DNA from: Octopus sinensis
Taxonomy: Eukaryota
NCBI RefSeq assembly: GCF_006345805.1
Contig: NW_021834283.1
Span: forward strand, 3,619-67,618
DNA length: 64,000 nt
Reading direction: 5' to 3'
How positions within the stretch are numbered: position 1 is the stretch's first letter; every line of letters starts with the position of its first letter. This document shows positions 1 to 11,699 of the stretch, one piece after another. Made by a program: the position numbers and the translations under genes. The notes beneath the pieces were generated by a model. That model was not told the origin of the DNA, did not search any database, and worked only from the letters and a program-made list of their open reading frames with translations.

Positions 1-189
1 GAAAGAAGAAGGATTTACATTGATGTAAATGGACTTGAATGAGAAGTGGACGACATTTTTGTAGCGCATTTAGGGAATAGTGGTAAGGGGGTGGAGGAGG
101 AGTGGGGGAAGAGAGGAGGGTGTAGAGAGGCGGCGGGGGGGGAGTAGATCGTCTGATTTGGATGAGACGTTGCCTATATCAAAGATGGG

Positions 190-606
190 ACGGTCGTCAT
201 TACCATCACCATCATAAGCACCGCCACCGCCGCCGCCAACACTACCACCATCACGACGACGATGACGACGACGACCACCACCACCACCACCGTCACCACC
301 AATAACAACAACAACAGCAACACAATACAACTACGGCAGCAACAAACAATGGCGGTGAGAAAATAATGATAAATAATAACGATAAGATAGTAATAATAAT
401 AATACTGGCGATGATGATGATGACGATGATGATGATGATGATGATGACGACGACGACGACAACGACGACGATGACGACGACGACAACGACGACGATGACG
501 ACGACGATGATGATGGTGGTGGTGATGGTGACGATGATGACGATGATGATGATGATAATGATGATGATGACGACGACGATGACGATGACGATGATGATGG
601 TGGTGG

Positions 607-639
<33 letters not shown>

Positions 640-1010
640 CGATGATGATGATGATGATGACGACGATGATGATGATGATGATTTTATTGGACGCAAGGGC
701 TTAAGACATTCAAGACAATATAAAAGGACGAAATACAACACGATAATAATATCAATAGTAGTAGTAGTAGTAGTAGTAGCAGTAGTAGCAGTAGTAGTAG
801 TAGTCGTAGTAGTAGTATTGTAGTGGTTAGTAGCGTAGTAGTAGTCGGTAGTAGTAGTAGTAGTAGGTAGTAGTAGTAGAGTAGGTAGGTAGTGGTAGTG
901 GTAGTAGCAGTAGTAGTAGTTAGTAGTAGTAGTAGTAGTAGTTATTATAGTAGTAGTGGTGGTGTAGTGGTAGTATTAGTAGTAGCGGTAGTAGTAGAAG
1001 TGGTAGAGCA
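190..1010. repeat. Compound trinucleotide microsatellites (CAC/GAC, GAT/GAC, TAG)
   Basis: Direct reading. Explains the poly-M/T, poly-S and poly-G ORFs at 70-741. Confidence 0.97.
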
Positions 1011-1787
1011 ATCAATAAACAGATTCAAGTAAATGCGTCATTGAACCTATTTAAAATTCTCGAGAGATTTTCAAGTCTCTTCCAACGATTCTTTTAGGAA
1101 TGGTCTTTGAAAAATGCTGAAATAATAAGAAACAATTGCATGTCTTCCTCTGTCTATCGTTCCTTCCTTCCTTCCTTCCTTCCTTTCTTTCTTTCTTTCT
1201 TTCTTTCTTTCCTCCCTCCCTCCTTCCTTCCTTCTTTTTTTCCCCCTGTTCTTCCTTCTCTTTTACTTTCTTTCTCCCCTCCAAATCTTCCCTTTTCCCG
1301 CTTTTCTCTCGTTTGTTTAAAATATGCGTGTGCACGCACATACACATACAAACAAACACACATGTATACATACAACCTTACATAATACATACACACACCT
1401 ATATTTCCACACCCACCCCGGTCTCAATTAAACTTTCCCCCACCCCAATACTCATAGCTTTTCCCCCTCTCTTTCTCACTTTCTTCAATTTCTCTTACTT
1501 TCCCCCCTTTGCTCTCACTATTTCACTATTTCTTTCTTACTGAACAATTAGCAATATTATCTACGTCCATTCATATATTAATACGTCGATGTGTATATTC
1601 GTATACATAGAGACACACGGGCTCCTGCTCATACACAGCAGCACAAACCTTCCCACTCATTCAATGACCCACTTACTCAATGACCCACTCACTCACCCAC
1701 TACCACTCTCTTTCTCTCTCACACATACATACTTAAATCCTATTTATATAGGCATCTGGAAGTACGATCTTTTTTAATGCCATACAA

Positions 1788-1851
<64 letters not shown>

Positions 1852-1879
1852 ATTATATAGTATATATAAAAAAATACAA

Positions 1880-2135
1880 ACTGGGACGAGAACGCAAAAC
1901 ATTTAGAAGACGATACAAAAAACACGGACGGGACATTCGAAGCCTTCAATCTTCAGTCAAGAACTGAATCATCCTCGCAATTTCGGCTGATTAATCTTGA
2001 GATTGCTCCGATCTGACCAGCCCCAAAGGAAAATCTAAGCCAAGCGCATTAGATTCCTTGGACGAAAGCCTCGAATGTATACAAAACAAGGACGGAAAAA
2101 CGGACGATGTTACACGAATAAGAATACAAAAATAC
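1880..2135 (+). mobile_element. Interspersed repeat fragment; the same family occurs in reverse at 27795-27955 and 28443-28605
   Basis: cttcaatcttcagtcaagaac...tttcggctgattaatcttgagattgctccga matches the reverse complement of those copies. Class uncertain, possibly Penelope-associated. Confidence 0.6.
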
Positions 2136-2166
2136 ATAAAAACAATAATGATAATAACAATAACAA

Positions 2167-2211
<45 letters not shown>

Positions 2212-2247
2212 TAAATGAAAGAATGGAGTCGAACGACGATTTAACAA

Positions 2248-2350
2248 AATTCCTTTATTCTCGACATATGTTTCGAAGACTGCATATTCTTAATTCCGAA
2301 GGAATAAAGGGTGCATTATGCCGCCTTCTCATCAGGAAAGACAAGGAACT
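2248..2350 (-). ncRNA. Type I hammerhead ribozyme, canonical core
   Basis: Minus strand reads AGUUCCUUGUCUUUC-CUGAUGA-GAAGGC...GUCUUC-GAAA-CAUAUG-UC|GAGAAUAAAGGAAUU. Helices I, II and III all pair; GUC cleavage triplet. Confidence 0.85.
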
Positions 2351-2623
2351 TATGTCAGCATCATGACGAACAAAAACTCTTAGATGACTGCCCACACGGA
2401 GTCCATAGTGAGTCCATGTAGCTTCAACCGTGCTTTCTGACGTAAATTTGCTACCCGGGTATCGGTTAACCGAATTATCCATACTAGGATAATTCATTCA
2501 ACTACTTAAACACACACACACACACACCACACAAACACCCCACAACACACACACACCACACACACACCACACACACGCACACACACACACACGCACACAC
2601 ACACATATATATATATGTATATA

Positions 2624-3200
2624 TATCAGTTTAGTAAGTAAGTTCTTGGACACTTTTAACATATCACTTTATTAACAATTGAAAAAAACACCAACAAAGA
2701 ACAATCAATCCAAAAGGTAATCATCCTCGTTATCGATCACCTTTTGCCAGAAATCGAGTGGTTTTGAATCAATAAAGTCGTAAAGGAATGATTTCACATC
2801 TTCTTCGTTTTCGAACTCTGTATCGCCAATCGCGCGTTGCAAGGCAGAGAATAAGTGATAGTCAGAAGGGGCAAGGTCAGGAGATTACAGTGGGTGCACC
2901 ATAATCTCCCAGCCCACCTCCTTCAGCTTCTCTGACGTCTTCTTTGCACGATGTTCTGGCGCATTGTCTTGTTGGTAAATTATCTTCTTCAAATTTGAGC
3001 ATTTTTCGGCCAGTGCGACCTTTAGATGGTCGATTTGTTCGCAGTAGACATCCTTGACATCGGTGGTATTGCGTGGGAGAAGATGAAACATGATCACACC
3101 CCGGCAATCCTACCAAACTGAGATCATAACCTTCTTTTGCACAAGCGGTCCTTTTGGTGAATGTTTTGGCTGTTGATCTTTGCTACACCAGGATCATCTG
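2624..3200 (-). mobile_element. Degenerate mariner (DD34D) transposase C-terminal half with 3' end
   Basis: Minus translation KKVMISVW*DCRGV...QQDNAPEH...EVGWEIMVHPL*SPDLAPSDYHLFSAL. In-frame stops; TIR-like tatcag at about 2624. Confidence 0.9.
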
Positions 3201-3269
3201 CGATGCTACTCTAGGCTATAACGTACTATAACGTATGCTAATATATAATGATACCCCACTGTAAACGCT

Positions 3270-3480
3270 TAGATAGTGGCAAGCTAGCATAATCGCTAGC
3301 ATGTCGGACAAAAAGCTTAACACTATTTCTTGCAGTGCTTTACGTTTCGGGTTCAAATTACACCAAGATCAACTTTGCCTTCCTCATCCTTTCGTGGTCA
3401 ATAAAATAAAGTACCAGCCAAGTATGAGGTCGATGTAATCGACTTGTCCCATCTCCTCAGATTTGCTGGCCTTGAACATT
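3270..3480 (+). mobile_element. Old degenerate SINE family A copy
   Basis: Diverged gttcaaatt B-box-like motif followed by ttgccttcctcatcctttcgtggtcaataaaataaagtaccag. Confidence 0.7.
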
Positions 3481-3629
3481 GCAACGAATCGGCGTCTCGT
3501 CCAGGGTCAATGTTGTGGTCTTGGTCACTTGTGCGCCATGGTAACCATGAAACCGACCTTATGAATCCTAGGGCTAAACAAATGCTATTACAATATACTA
3601 CTATAAACTATTAAAGAGTAAAGGATAAA

Positions 3630-3957
3630 GACACCCTTTGGTCATGAATGACCATGGGATTGCACCAAGAAAGTCCCCCCCCTCGAGGCACAAGTCCAGG
3701 CAAATTTGTTTATGGAAGACCAGCAGCCGCCCATGCATACCAGCCTCCTCTCTCTACGCCACCAATGTTGTCCAAGGGAAAGGCAAAGGCCGATACAGCT
3801 TAGCACCAGTGATGTCGCAACTCATTTCTACAGCTGAGTGAACTGGAGCAACGTGAAATAAAGTGTCTTGCTCAAGAACACAACACGCAACCCGGTCCGG
3901 GAATCGAACTCACTACTTCATGATTGTAAGTCCGACGCTCTAACAACTGACCCATGC
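3630..3957 (-). mobile_element. tRNA-derived SINE family D
   Basis: Minus head gcatgggtcagttgttagagcg...gttcgattcc (A/B boxes), then cttgagcaagacactttatttcacgttgctccagtt. Confidence 0.8.
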
Positions 3958-4029
3958 TATTACACACTATTGTATTTACTATGTTATATGCAGCTATAGT
4001 CATTTTTATATTGTTATGTATTATATGTG

Positions 4030-4330
4030 GCCCTTTTCAAGCCTAGCCAGGCTCATGGGTCCGGTTTCCCGGTTTCTGTGGTGTATGTGTTTCCCCCAGC
4101 TGGACGGGACGCCAGTCCATCGCAGCATTACTCAAGAAACAGGAAGAGAGAGTGAGAGAAAGTTGTGGCGAAAGAGTACAACAGGAGTCGCCACCACCCC
4201 CTGCCGGAGCCTCGTGGAGCTTTTAGGTACTTTCGCTCAATAAACACACACAAAGCCCGGTCTCGGAATCGAAACCGCGATCCTCCGACAGCGAGTCTGC
4301 TGCCCTAACCACTGGGCCATTGCGCCTCCA
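4030..4330 (-). mobile_element. tRNA-derived SINE family C, tail type 2
   Basis: Minus head ggaggcgcaatggcccagtggttagggcagc...tttcgattcc and central ctttctctcactct block. Confidence 0.88.
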
Positions 4331-4673
4331 CTTATGTATTATGTACTATTATATAATGTTTTATGTGACTCAGTCCTATTGATATCCAAATTTTATTGAT
4401 TGCAATTTAATAAGAACATCCTACACCCACAACATTGCGGTGCACATACTTAGACGCATTCATACGCGCACAATCGGATGTATACATGCACCTATACACA
4501 CACATATACATGCACGTACTCACATACGTGTGTGTGTGAGTGTGTGGGCACGAGTCTATGACATACAGTATATTATATACATAGTCATACACACATGCAT
4601 ATACATACATACATACATGTATAATTTGGTCAACAGAGACCAAAGTGGATGTAAGTACAAGGCCTTACAAATG

Positions 4674-4706
<33 letters not shown>

Positions 4707-4912
4707 TACATACAAGCATAGATATATGCATACATTCATGCGTGCATGCGTGCATGCATACATGCATACGTTTTACCTCAGCATTACTTTGATGGCGTGT
4801 ACTGCTCTCTCATTCAATAAAAATAATAACGAAAATACATATGCGCATACGCCATGATAGATCGTTAGCTCCTACACGCATTTTTTTCTGTCCTTGTTTT
4901 TTTTTCTGTGTA

Positions 4913-4950
4913 TCTTTCTGTCGAAGAGCGTAGGCTCGAAACGTAAAAGA
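4913..4950 (+). ncRNA. Minimal hammerhead-like motif with variant core (CUGUCGA)
   Basis: UCUUU-CUGUCGA-A-GAGC(GUAG)GCUC-GAAA-CG-UA|AAAGA. Helix I 5 bp, helix II 4 bp; A6 replaced by U. Confidence 0.5.
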
Positions 4951-5048
4951 CTTTTTTCTATTTCTATTCCTGAGCGCTATACTAATACATTTATTTGTAT
5001 GTACTCCACCTGCCTTCGTCTTTTGTTTATTTTCGTCAACTTTCCCGT

Positions 5049-5049
<1 letters not shown>

Positions 5050-5108
<59 letters not shown>

Positions 5109-5270
5109 TACATACATACATATATATATGTATATAAATACATACGTATACATGCGCGTATATATATATATATATACGCACACACACACATACATACATA
5201 CATACATACATACATACATACATACATACATACATACATACATACATACATACATACATACATACATGCA
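5050..5270. repeat. (TA)n and (CATA)n microsatellites
   Basis: Direct reading. Confidence 0.97.
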
Positions 5271-5804
5271 TTCCTACGTACATACAGGCGAGCAAATGCA
5301 TGCATTCACTGTTAGTGATTTCCTTACCATTCTTCTGTTTAGTTGTAAAAGAGCGACCAGGAAGAACGTAATTAAAATAACGACGTTAATATGGCGTATT
5401 CTCTTTGAAGACGCTGACCAAATGAACGAAACGAGATTAGAATAACCACATTATTGGTAGAATGTCTTCAAAATAGATTGTCTGAACTGTTGATAGGAGA
5501 ACACGATAAACTTCCCTCACAGTGTATTCCAAAAGTTTCTCTTATTAGCGCCTGGTCGGCTTCTAAAGATAGCATTATAACTAACTAACTATGTTTCAGT
5601 GTGTCGGATAGGTTGACCTTGCTGTTAGTTGATATACTCTCCAACCAGCCTCTTCCCGCCCCAAAAATACAAAGCAAAAAACAAAAGCCACAAAAATAAG
5701 AAAAATAAAAAACAAGCGAAAAAAAGCCAACATCTGTCAAGAGCTAAAGATTCGATTATCGATTCGATTCTGATATTTGTAGAATATATCTTTTATCTTT
5801 TATC

Positions 5805-6170
5805 ATTTAATTTGTTTCAGTCACTGGTCTGCGGCCATGCTGGGGCACCGATTTGAAAAGTTGTAGTCGAAGAAATCGAAACCAGTAATAATGTTTTCTT
5901 TCTTTTGTTTGTTTGTTGAAGTTTGGTTCTTATTCTATCGGTGTCAGTCTGTTTTGTCGAACCGCCTGGTTTAAGGGACGTAAACAAACCAGTATTTGTT
6001 GTCAAGCGGTGTATGTGTGTGTGTGTGAGCGTGCGTGTGTATGTATGCGTACGTGTTTGGATGTGTGTATGTGTAACAAACACAAACACCTGACCGCATA
6101 CACTTTCTCTCTCTCTCAAACACACACGCACACAAGCACATACATATACACAATCGGCTTCTACTCAGTT
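5805..6170 (-). mobile_element. SINE family B, 3' half with internal (GT)n
   Basis: ttgtttcagtcactggtctgcggccatgctggggcaccg is the reverse complement of the family B tail. Confidence 0.8.
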
Positions 6171-6590
6171 TCTTATTTCTTTATTGCCCACAAGGGGCTA
6201 AACATAGAAGGGACAAACAAGAACAGACAAGGGGATTAAGTCGATTACATCGACCCCAGTGCGAAACTGGTACTTAATTTATCAACTCCGTAAGGATGAA
6301 AGGCAAAGTCGACCTCGGCGGAATTTGAACTAAGAACGTAGCGGCAGACGAAATACCTATTTCTTTACTACCCACAAGGGGCCAAACACGGAGAGGATAA
6401 ACAAGGACAGACAAACGGATTAAGTCGATTATATCGATCCCAGTGCGTAACTGGTACTTAATTTATCGACCCCGAAAGGATGAAAGACAAAGTCGACCTC
6501 GGCGGAATTTGAACTCAGAACGTGGCGGCAGACGAAATACCGCTAAGCATTTCACCCGGCGTGGGTAACGTTTTTGCCAGCTTGCCGCCT
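6171..6590 (-). mobile_element. SINE family A, tandem dimer (head + 2 bodies)
   Basis: Body gtcgactttgcctttcatcctttcggggtcgataaattaagtacc occurs twice, with junction gacgaaatacc|tatttctttactacccac. Confidence 0.9.
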
Positions 6591-6904
6591 TCTACACAGT
6601 TTCTGTCAATCAAATTCAATCACAAGGCATATGTCGGTCCGGGACAAATATAGAAGACAGTTGACCAAGACGCTGCGCTGCGCTGTCGAACTGAAATCGA
6701 TCCTACGTGGTTTGTAAAGCGAGCTTCTTAACTGCACAGGCATCTCAGAGTTGTTTCTTTAAAACTAACCCCATCATCCCTCTCCTTGAGTATCCCATTC
6801 CGTCTGTCTGTCTGCCTCTCTTTCTTTCTCTATTTGTATCCCATTCTCTCATTCTTACACGATTGCTTTTTGTTAAAACACTAATTCTGTCACATTATTG
6901 TTGT

Positions 6905-7190
6905 TTGTTCCTTCTCAAGCCATGCCTGGCTCATAGGGCGGGTTTTCCGGTTTCCTTCGCGTATAGGTTCCCCATCTGGACGAGACACCGGTCCGTCGCA
7001 GGTGAGCTGCAAGGTGCAGGAGGAAAGAGTGAGAGAAAGTTGTGGCGAAAGAGTCAGCAGAAGTTCGCCATTACCTTCTGCCAGAGCTCGTAGAGCTTAG
7101 GTGTTTCGCTCATAAACACACACATCGCCCGGTCTGAAATTCGAACCAGCGAGTCCGCTGCTCTAACCATTAGGCCATGTGCCTTCACTC
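6905..7190 (-). mobile_element. SINE family C, tail type 3
   Basis: Shared central block gaaagagtgagagaaagttgtggcgaaagag with a different 3' tail, also seen at 44820-44930. Confidence 0.85.
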
Positions 7191-7704
7191 TGTCACATTA
7201 AGTTAACAACATACCATTACTAATTCTGCCTTTGTTATCTCCCCCTATTACTCACTCTTCCTCTTTGATTTCTCCTATTGCTATCTTAATGGATTTCATA
7301 AATTTAGAATGATGAGTTCATCTGCCGTGTAAATAGATGAGACAACACTGTTGTCTTGGGAAAACCATTTCTTCAGCAGAGAAGAAATAAAATAGATACA
7401 TATATAAACAAACAAAAAAGAAAAAGAAAAAGAAAAATATATTTTTTCTGCCAATGAAGGGTTTTGCTCTCCAAGGCATAAGAATTTATGCCAAATTTAT
7501 GATTTTTACTGACACAGGTAACCACTAGTTTCTTCGGGTTATTGGCATTTTTTTTGTTTTCTGTCTTTATAGCTTTCATTTTCAGAAAACAAAACTCCGC
7601 CCCCTCCTCCTCCTCGTCGTCCTGCTGCTGCTACTACTACTACTACTCCATAATTGAATAAATGAGACAAATTCCATTTTTCGTCTTTCTAATAGCCGTA
7701 TCGT

Positions 7705-8072
7705 GGCACTCCGTCGGTTACGACGACGAGGGTTACAGTTGATCCGATCAACGGAACAGCCTGCTCGTGGAATTAACGTGCAAGTGGCTGAGTACTCCAC
7801 AGACACGTGTACCCTTAACGTAGTTCTCGGGGAGATTCAGCGTGACACAAGGCTGGTCCTTTGAAATACGAGTACAACAGAAACAGGAAGAAAGTGTGAG
7901 AGAAAGTTGTGGTGAAAGAGTACAGCAGGGTTCGCCATCACCCCCTGTCGGAGCCTCGTGGAGCTTTAGGCGTTTTCGCTCAATAAATATTCACAACGCC
8001 CGGTCTGGGAATTGAAACCACGATCCTACGTCCGCGAGTCAACTGCCCTAACCACTGGGCCATTGCGCCTCC
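7705..8072 (-). mobile_element. SINE family C, tail type 1
   Basis: Tail actccgtcggttacgacgacgaggg... on the plus strand; head ccactgggccattgcgcctcc. Confidence 0.88.
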
Positions 8073-8739
8073 GCAATAACCTTGTCTTCGGAATAAAGAA
8101 AAATAAGAAACAAACAAAGAGCAAAAAAAACTTTAGATAAATACGTGTACTGAATATATGATGTTGTAACGGCGACGGATTGGCAAGATTGACAGAGCAG
8201 AGAACAAAATACCTTGTGGTGCTTATGACAGTTCTTTATATGTTGAGTTCCCGTGATGTCAAGCTGTATCGGCTCTTGTCCTTTTCGTGGAGAATATCGG
8301 TGGTTTGGCGCGGGGAAAACTGCTACGTGCGAAAGTCTTCAGTTAAAAAAAATACCCCAAATTGCTACTTCTGCACTCTACAGAGTATAATTCAAGTTGT
8401 AGATACAAAGCCGGCTCTGACTGATGGAGAAATAAAAAGAAATCGAAGCTGAAACGGCTTACTGCTATAAAACTTTACACACGCCTGTGACATAAGGCAT
8501 CGTGTAGAGTTTATACGATGGTTGACGGAAAGCTATTCTTCGTGCAAGAAAAGCATTGCTGGATCTTTTACGATATCCATGGACGAATTTTGGCAAATCT
8601 TATTGTAGGTGAATCTAGTGAAGCTAGAACTAACATCTCCACCACAGAAGTACAACTGTAACTAATGTTATGTTTTTCTTGCTAAAATTTAGTTATATTC
8701 ACGATGACAATGTCGGGCTACAAATCATTGCCCTTTCAG

Positions 8740-8898
8740 GAGGCGTGGCTGTGTGGTAAGTAGTTTACTTCATAACCACATGGTTCCGGGTTCAATCCGA
8801 CTGCGTAGCACCTTGGGAGGGTGTCTTCTATTATAGCTTCGAGCCGACCGAAAGCCTTGTGAGTGGATTTGGTAAATGGAAACTGAAAGAAACCTACC

Positions 8899-8957
<59 letters not shown>

Positions 8958-9205
8958 TTGGGTTTTTTATTTGGATTGCAAGATTCTTTATATGAGTTCG
9001 TGTGTTGAACATTGCCTTATAATGTAACACACTCACCGGTAAAATTTTCACTTTTTCTTATTTTTATTTTTATTTTTAAGAAAGAAGTGGAATTTTACCG
9101 GTGAGTGTGTTACATTATAAGGCACAAAAAGAAAATGACTCTCCCCAGACACAACAGAATATATATATATATATTATATATAATATATATATATAGATAT
9201 ATATA

Positions 9206-9253
<48 letters not shown>

Positions 9254-9500
9254 ATATATATATATATATATATTTGTGTGTGTGCCTTTGTGCATGTGTT
9301 TGTCCCGAAATATTGCTTCACAACGGGTGTTGGATTGTTTATGTCCCCATAATAGCAGTTTGTCAAAAGAGACCAATAAAATAAGTAGCAGGCTTTAAAA
9401 AATTGTACTGGGGGCCGGTTCGTTCGACTAAAAGCTCTTCAAGGTGATGCTCCAGCATGGCCCCAGTCTAATGACTGAAACAACGAAAGGATAACAGATA
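8740..9500 (+). mobile_element. SINE family B with an expanded internal (TA)n carrying a nested inverted repeat
   Basis: Head ggcgtggctgtgtggtaag...ttccgggttcaatcc; tail ccagcatggccccagtctaatgactgaaac. Confidence 0.85.
9013..9124. repeat. Inverted repeat with perfect 34-bp arms
   Basis: tgccttataatgtaacacactcaccggtaaaatt (9013-9046) and its reverse complement (9091-9124). Confidence 0.95.
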
Positions 9501-10087
9501 AAAAGAAATAAAACCAAATATAAATGTCAGAAAGCGGACCAAAATGGCTACACAAAATACGAATGTAGACCTTTTGTGAAATATCTTACATGAAATAAGA
9601 GACAGGAGCCGAAAAAAAAACAACAAAAATTAGAATTTCTCCATCGATGTTTAACTCTCATTACCCAAGCTACGTCATTAATACTATTAATGTCATTAAA
9701 TCGATATCACTAATTGTTATTTATTCCTAAATTGTCTCATAATGGTTTTGTCTTGTCAGTTATTTATGAGCTCCGAATAAGTTCGCTTGAAAAGACACAA
9801 TTTGCAAATACTGCGGCAACGATTGTTATTATTGTTGTTGAGCAAATGGCTTCTGTCATCTCCTAGGGTCAATCAAAGCAAGGGAAATTTTGCCAGACAG
9901 ACATTATATGAAAACATATTGCAGGGACCGGTTCTGATTTCGGAGTGGTCCTTTCTTAGGTTTTTGGGTTCATTTGGTGACAGTCATTCTATTTCACGCA
10001 TGCGCGTCAGATCTGGTCTCTGGTTTCAAGATAACTTTAATCCTTCCAACAGTGTCCAAAGTGTCGAGAAAAGTCATGGGCCGTGTG

Positions 10088-11150
10088 CAGGCGTGGCTGT
10101 GTGGTAAGAAGTTTGCTTTCCAACCACATGATTCCGGGTTCAGTCCACTGTGTGACACCTTGGGCAGGAGTCTTCTTATTTCTTTATTGCCCACAAGGGG
10201 CTAAACATAGAGTGGACAAACAAGGACAAACAAAAGGATTATGTCGATTATATTGACCCCAGTGCGTAACTGGTACTTAATTTATCGATTCCGAAAGGAT
10301 GAAAGGTAAAGTCGACTTCAGCGGAATTTGAACTCAGAACGTAACGGCAGACAAAATACCTATTTCTTTACTACCCACAAGGGGCTAAACACAGAGGGTA
10401 CAAACAAGGACAGACAAACGGATCAAGTCGATTATATCGACCCCAGTGCGTAACTGGCACTTATTTAATTGATTCCGAAAGGATGAAAGGTAAAGTCGAC
10501 CTCGGCGGAATTTGAACCCAGAACGTAGCGGCAGACGAAATACCTATTTCTTTACTACCCACAAAGGGCTAAACACAGAGGGGACAAACAAGGACAGACA
10601 AACGGATCAAGTCAATTATATCGACCTCAGTGCGTAACTGGTACTTCTTTAATCGACCCCGAAAGGATGAAAGGCAAAGTCGACCTCGGCGGAATTTGAA
10701 CTCAGAGTATAACGGCAGACGAAATACCCCTAAACATTTCACCCGGCGTGCTAACGTTTCTGCCAGCTCGCCGACTTAATGAGACGATGGTAGAAGACTC
10801 CTTGGGAAAGAGTCTTCTACCATGGCCACGAGCCAACGAAAGTCTTGTAAGAAGATTTGGTAGACGGAAACCGAAAGAAGGCCATCGTAAGTGCGCGCGC
10901 GCGCGTGCGAATGTGTGTGTGTGTCTGTGTGTGTGTATTTATGTGTCTGTGTTTGTCCCCTACCGCCGCTTGACAACCGGTGTTGGTGTGTTTACGTCCC
11001 CGTAAATTAGCAGTTAGGTAAAAGAGACCGATAGATTAAGTACCAGGTTTTTAAAAAAAAAAATACTGGGGTGGATTTCTTTGACTAAATCTCTTCAAGA
11101 CTGTGCCCAAGCATAACCGCAGTCTAACAACCGAAACCAGTAAAAGATAG
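10088..11150 (+). mobile_element. SINE family B interrupted by a SINE A trimer
   Basis: B head at 10088-10174; the B body resumes at about 10800. Confidence 0.85.
10175..10778 (-). mobile_element. SINE family A, tandem trimer
   Basis: Three bodies of about 185 bp with identical internal junctions and one head. Confidence 0.9.
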
Positions 11151-11419
11151 AAGACAAAGCTCATACAACCCTCCCCACCCACAAAAAGGTAACTACAGCA
11201 ACGAAAAATATAATTAAATAATCCTGCCAAGTCTAGTAATTAGTGAAGAATTCCACCCTTTCCACTGTCTTCCACTTCCACCTTCCAACTTCACTTTCTC
11301 GCCCCTCTCTCCTCTTCCTTACATACAGACACACACACACACACACACATACACACACATATATATATATATATACATGCAAACATATGTGTGTATGTGT
11401 GTATATATATATACACATG

Positions 11420-11643
11420 CTGCGAGCCGACAGAAACGTTAGCGCGCCGGGAGAAATGCTTAGCGGTATTTCGTCTGTCGTTACGTTCTGAGTTGAAATT
11501 CCGCTGAGGTCGACTTTGCCTTTCATCCTCTCGGGGTCGATAAATAAAGTACCAGTTTCGCACTGGGTCGATGTAATCGACTTAATCCCTTTGTCTGTCC
11601 TTGTTTGTCCCCTCTGTGTTTAGCTCCTTGTGGGTAGTAAAGA
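11420..11643 (+). mobile_element. SINE family A monomer
   Basis: agaaacgttagcgcgccgg...gtcgactttgcctttcatcct...tgtgggtagtaaag. Confidence 0.88.
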
Positions 11644-11647
11644 TATT

Positions 11648-11699
<52 letters not shown>

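Noticed and set aside
70-741. Poly-Met/Thr, poly-Ser and poly-Gly ORFs, and similar YI/HT/YLSI/CV ORFs throughout the window
   Set aside because: They are translations of microsatellites, with no domain content.
1920-2010. CUGAAGA...GAAU hammerhead-like motif (also 27878)
   Set aside because: GAAU rather than GAAA, and no helix I or III pairing.
5397-5444. UUGAAGA...GAAA-CGAGA-UU motif with attct/agaat flanks
   Set aside because: Needs several changes in the core and in helices II and III; too degenerate to call.
8180-8650. Apparent GAGKT P-loop or Tc1-like peptide
   Set aside because: 8170-8340 is better explained as degenerate SINE sequence (aagctgtatcggc matches family D); the downstream DEFW similarity is too weak.
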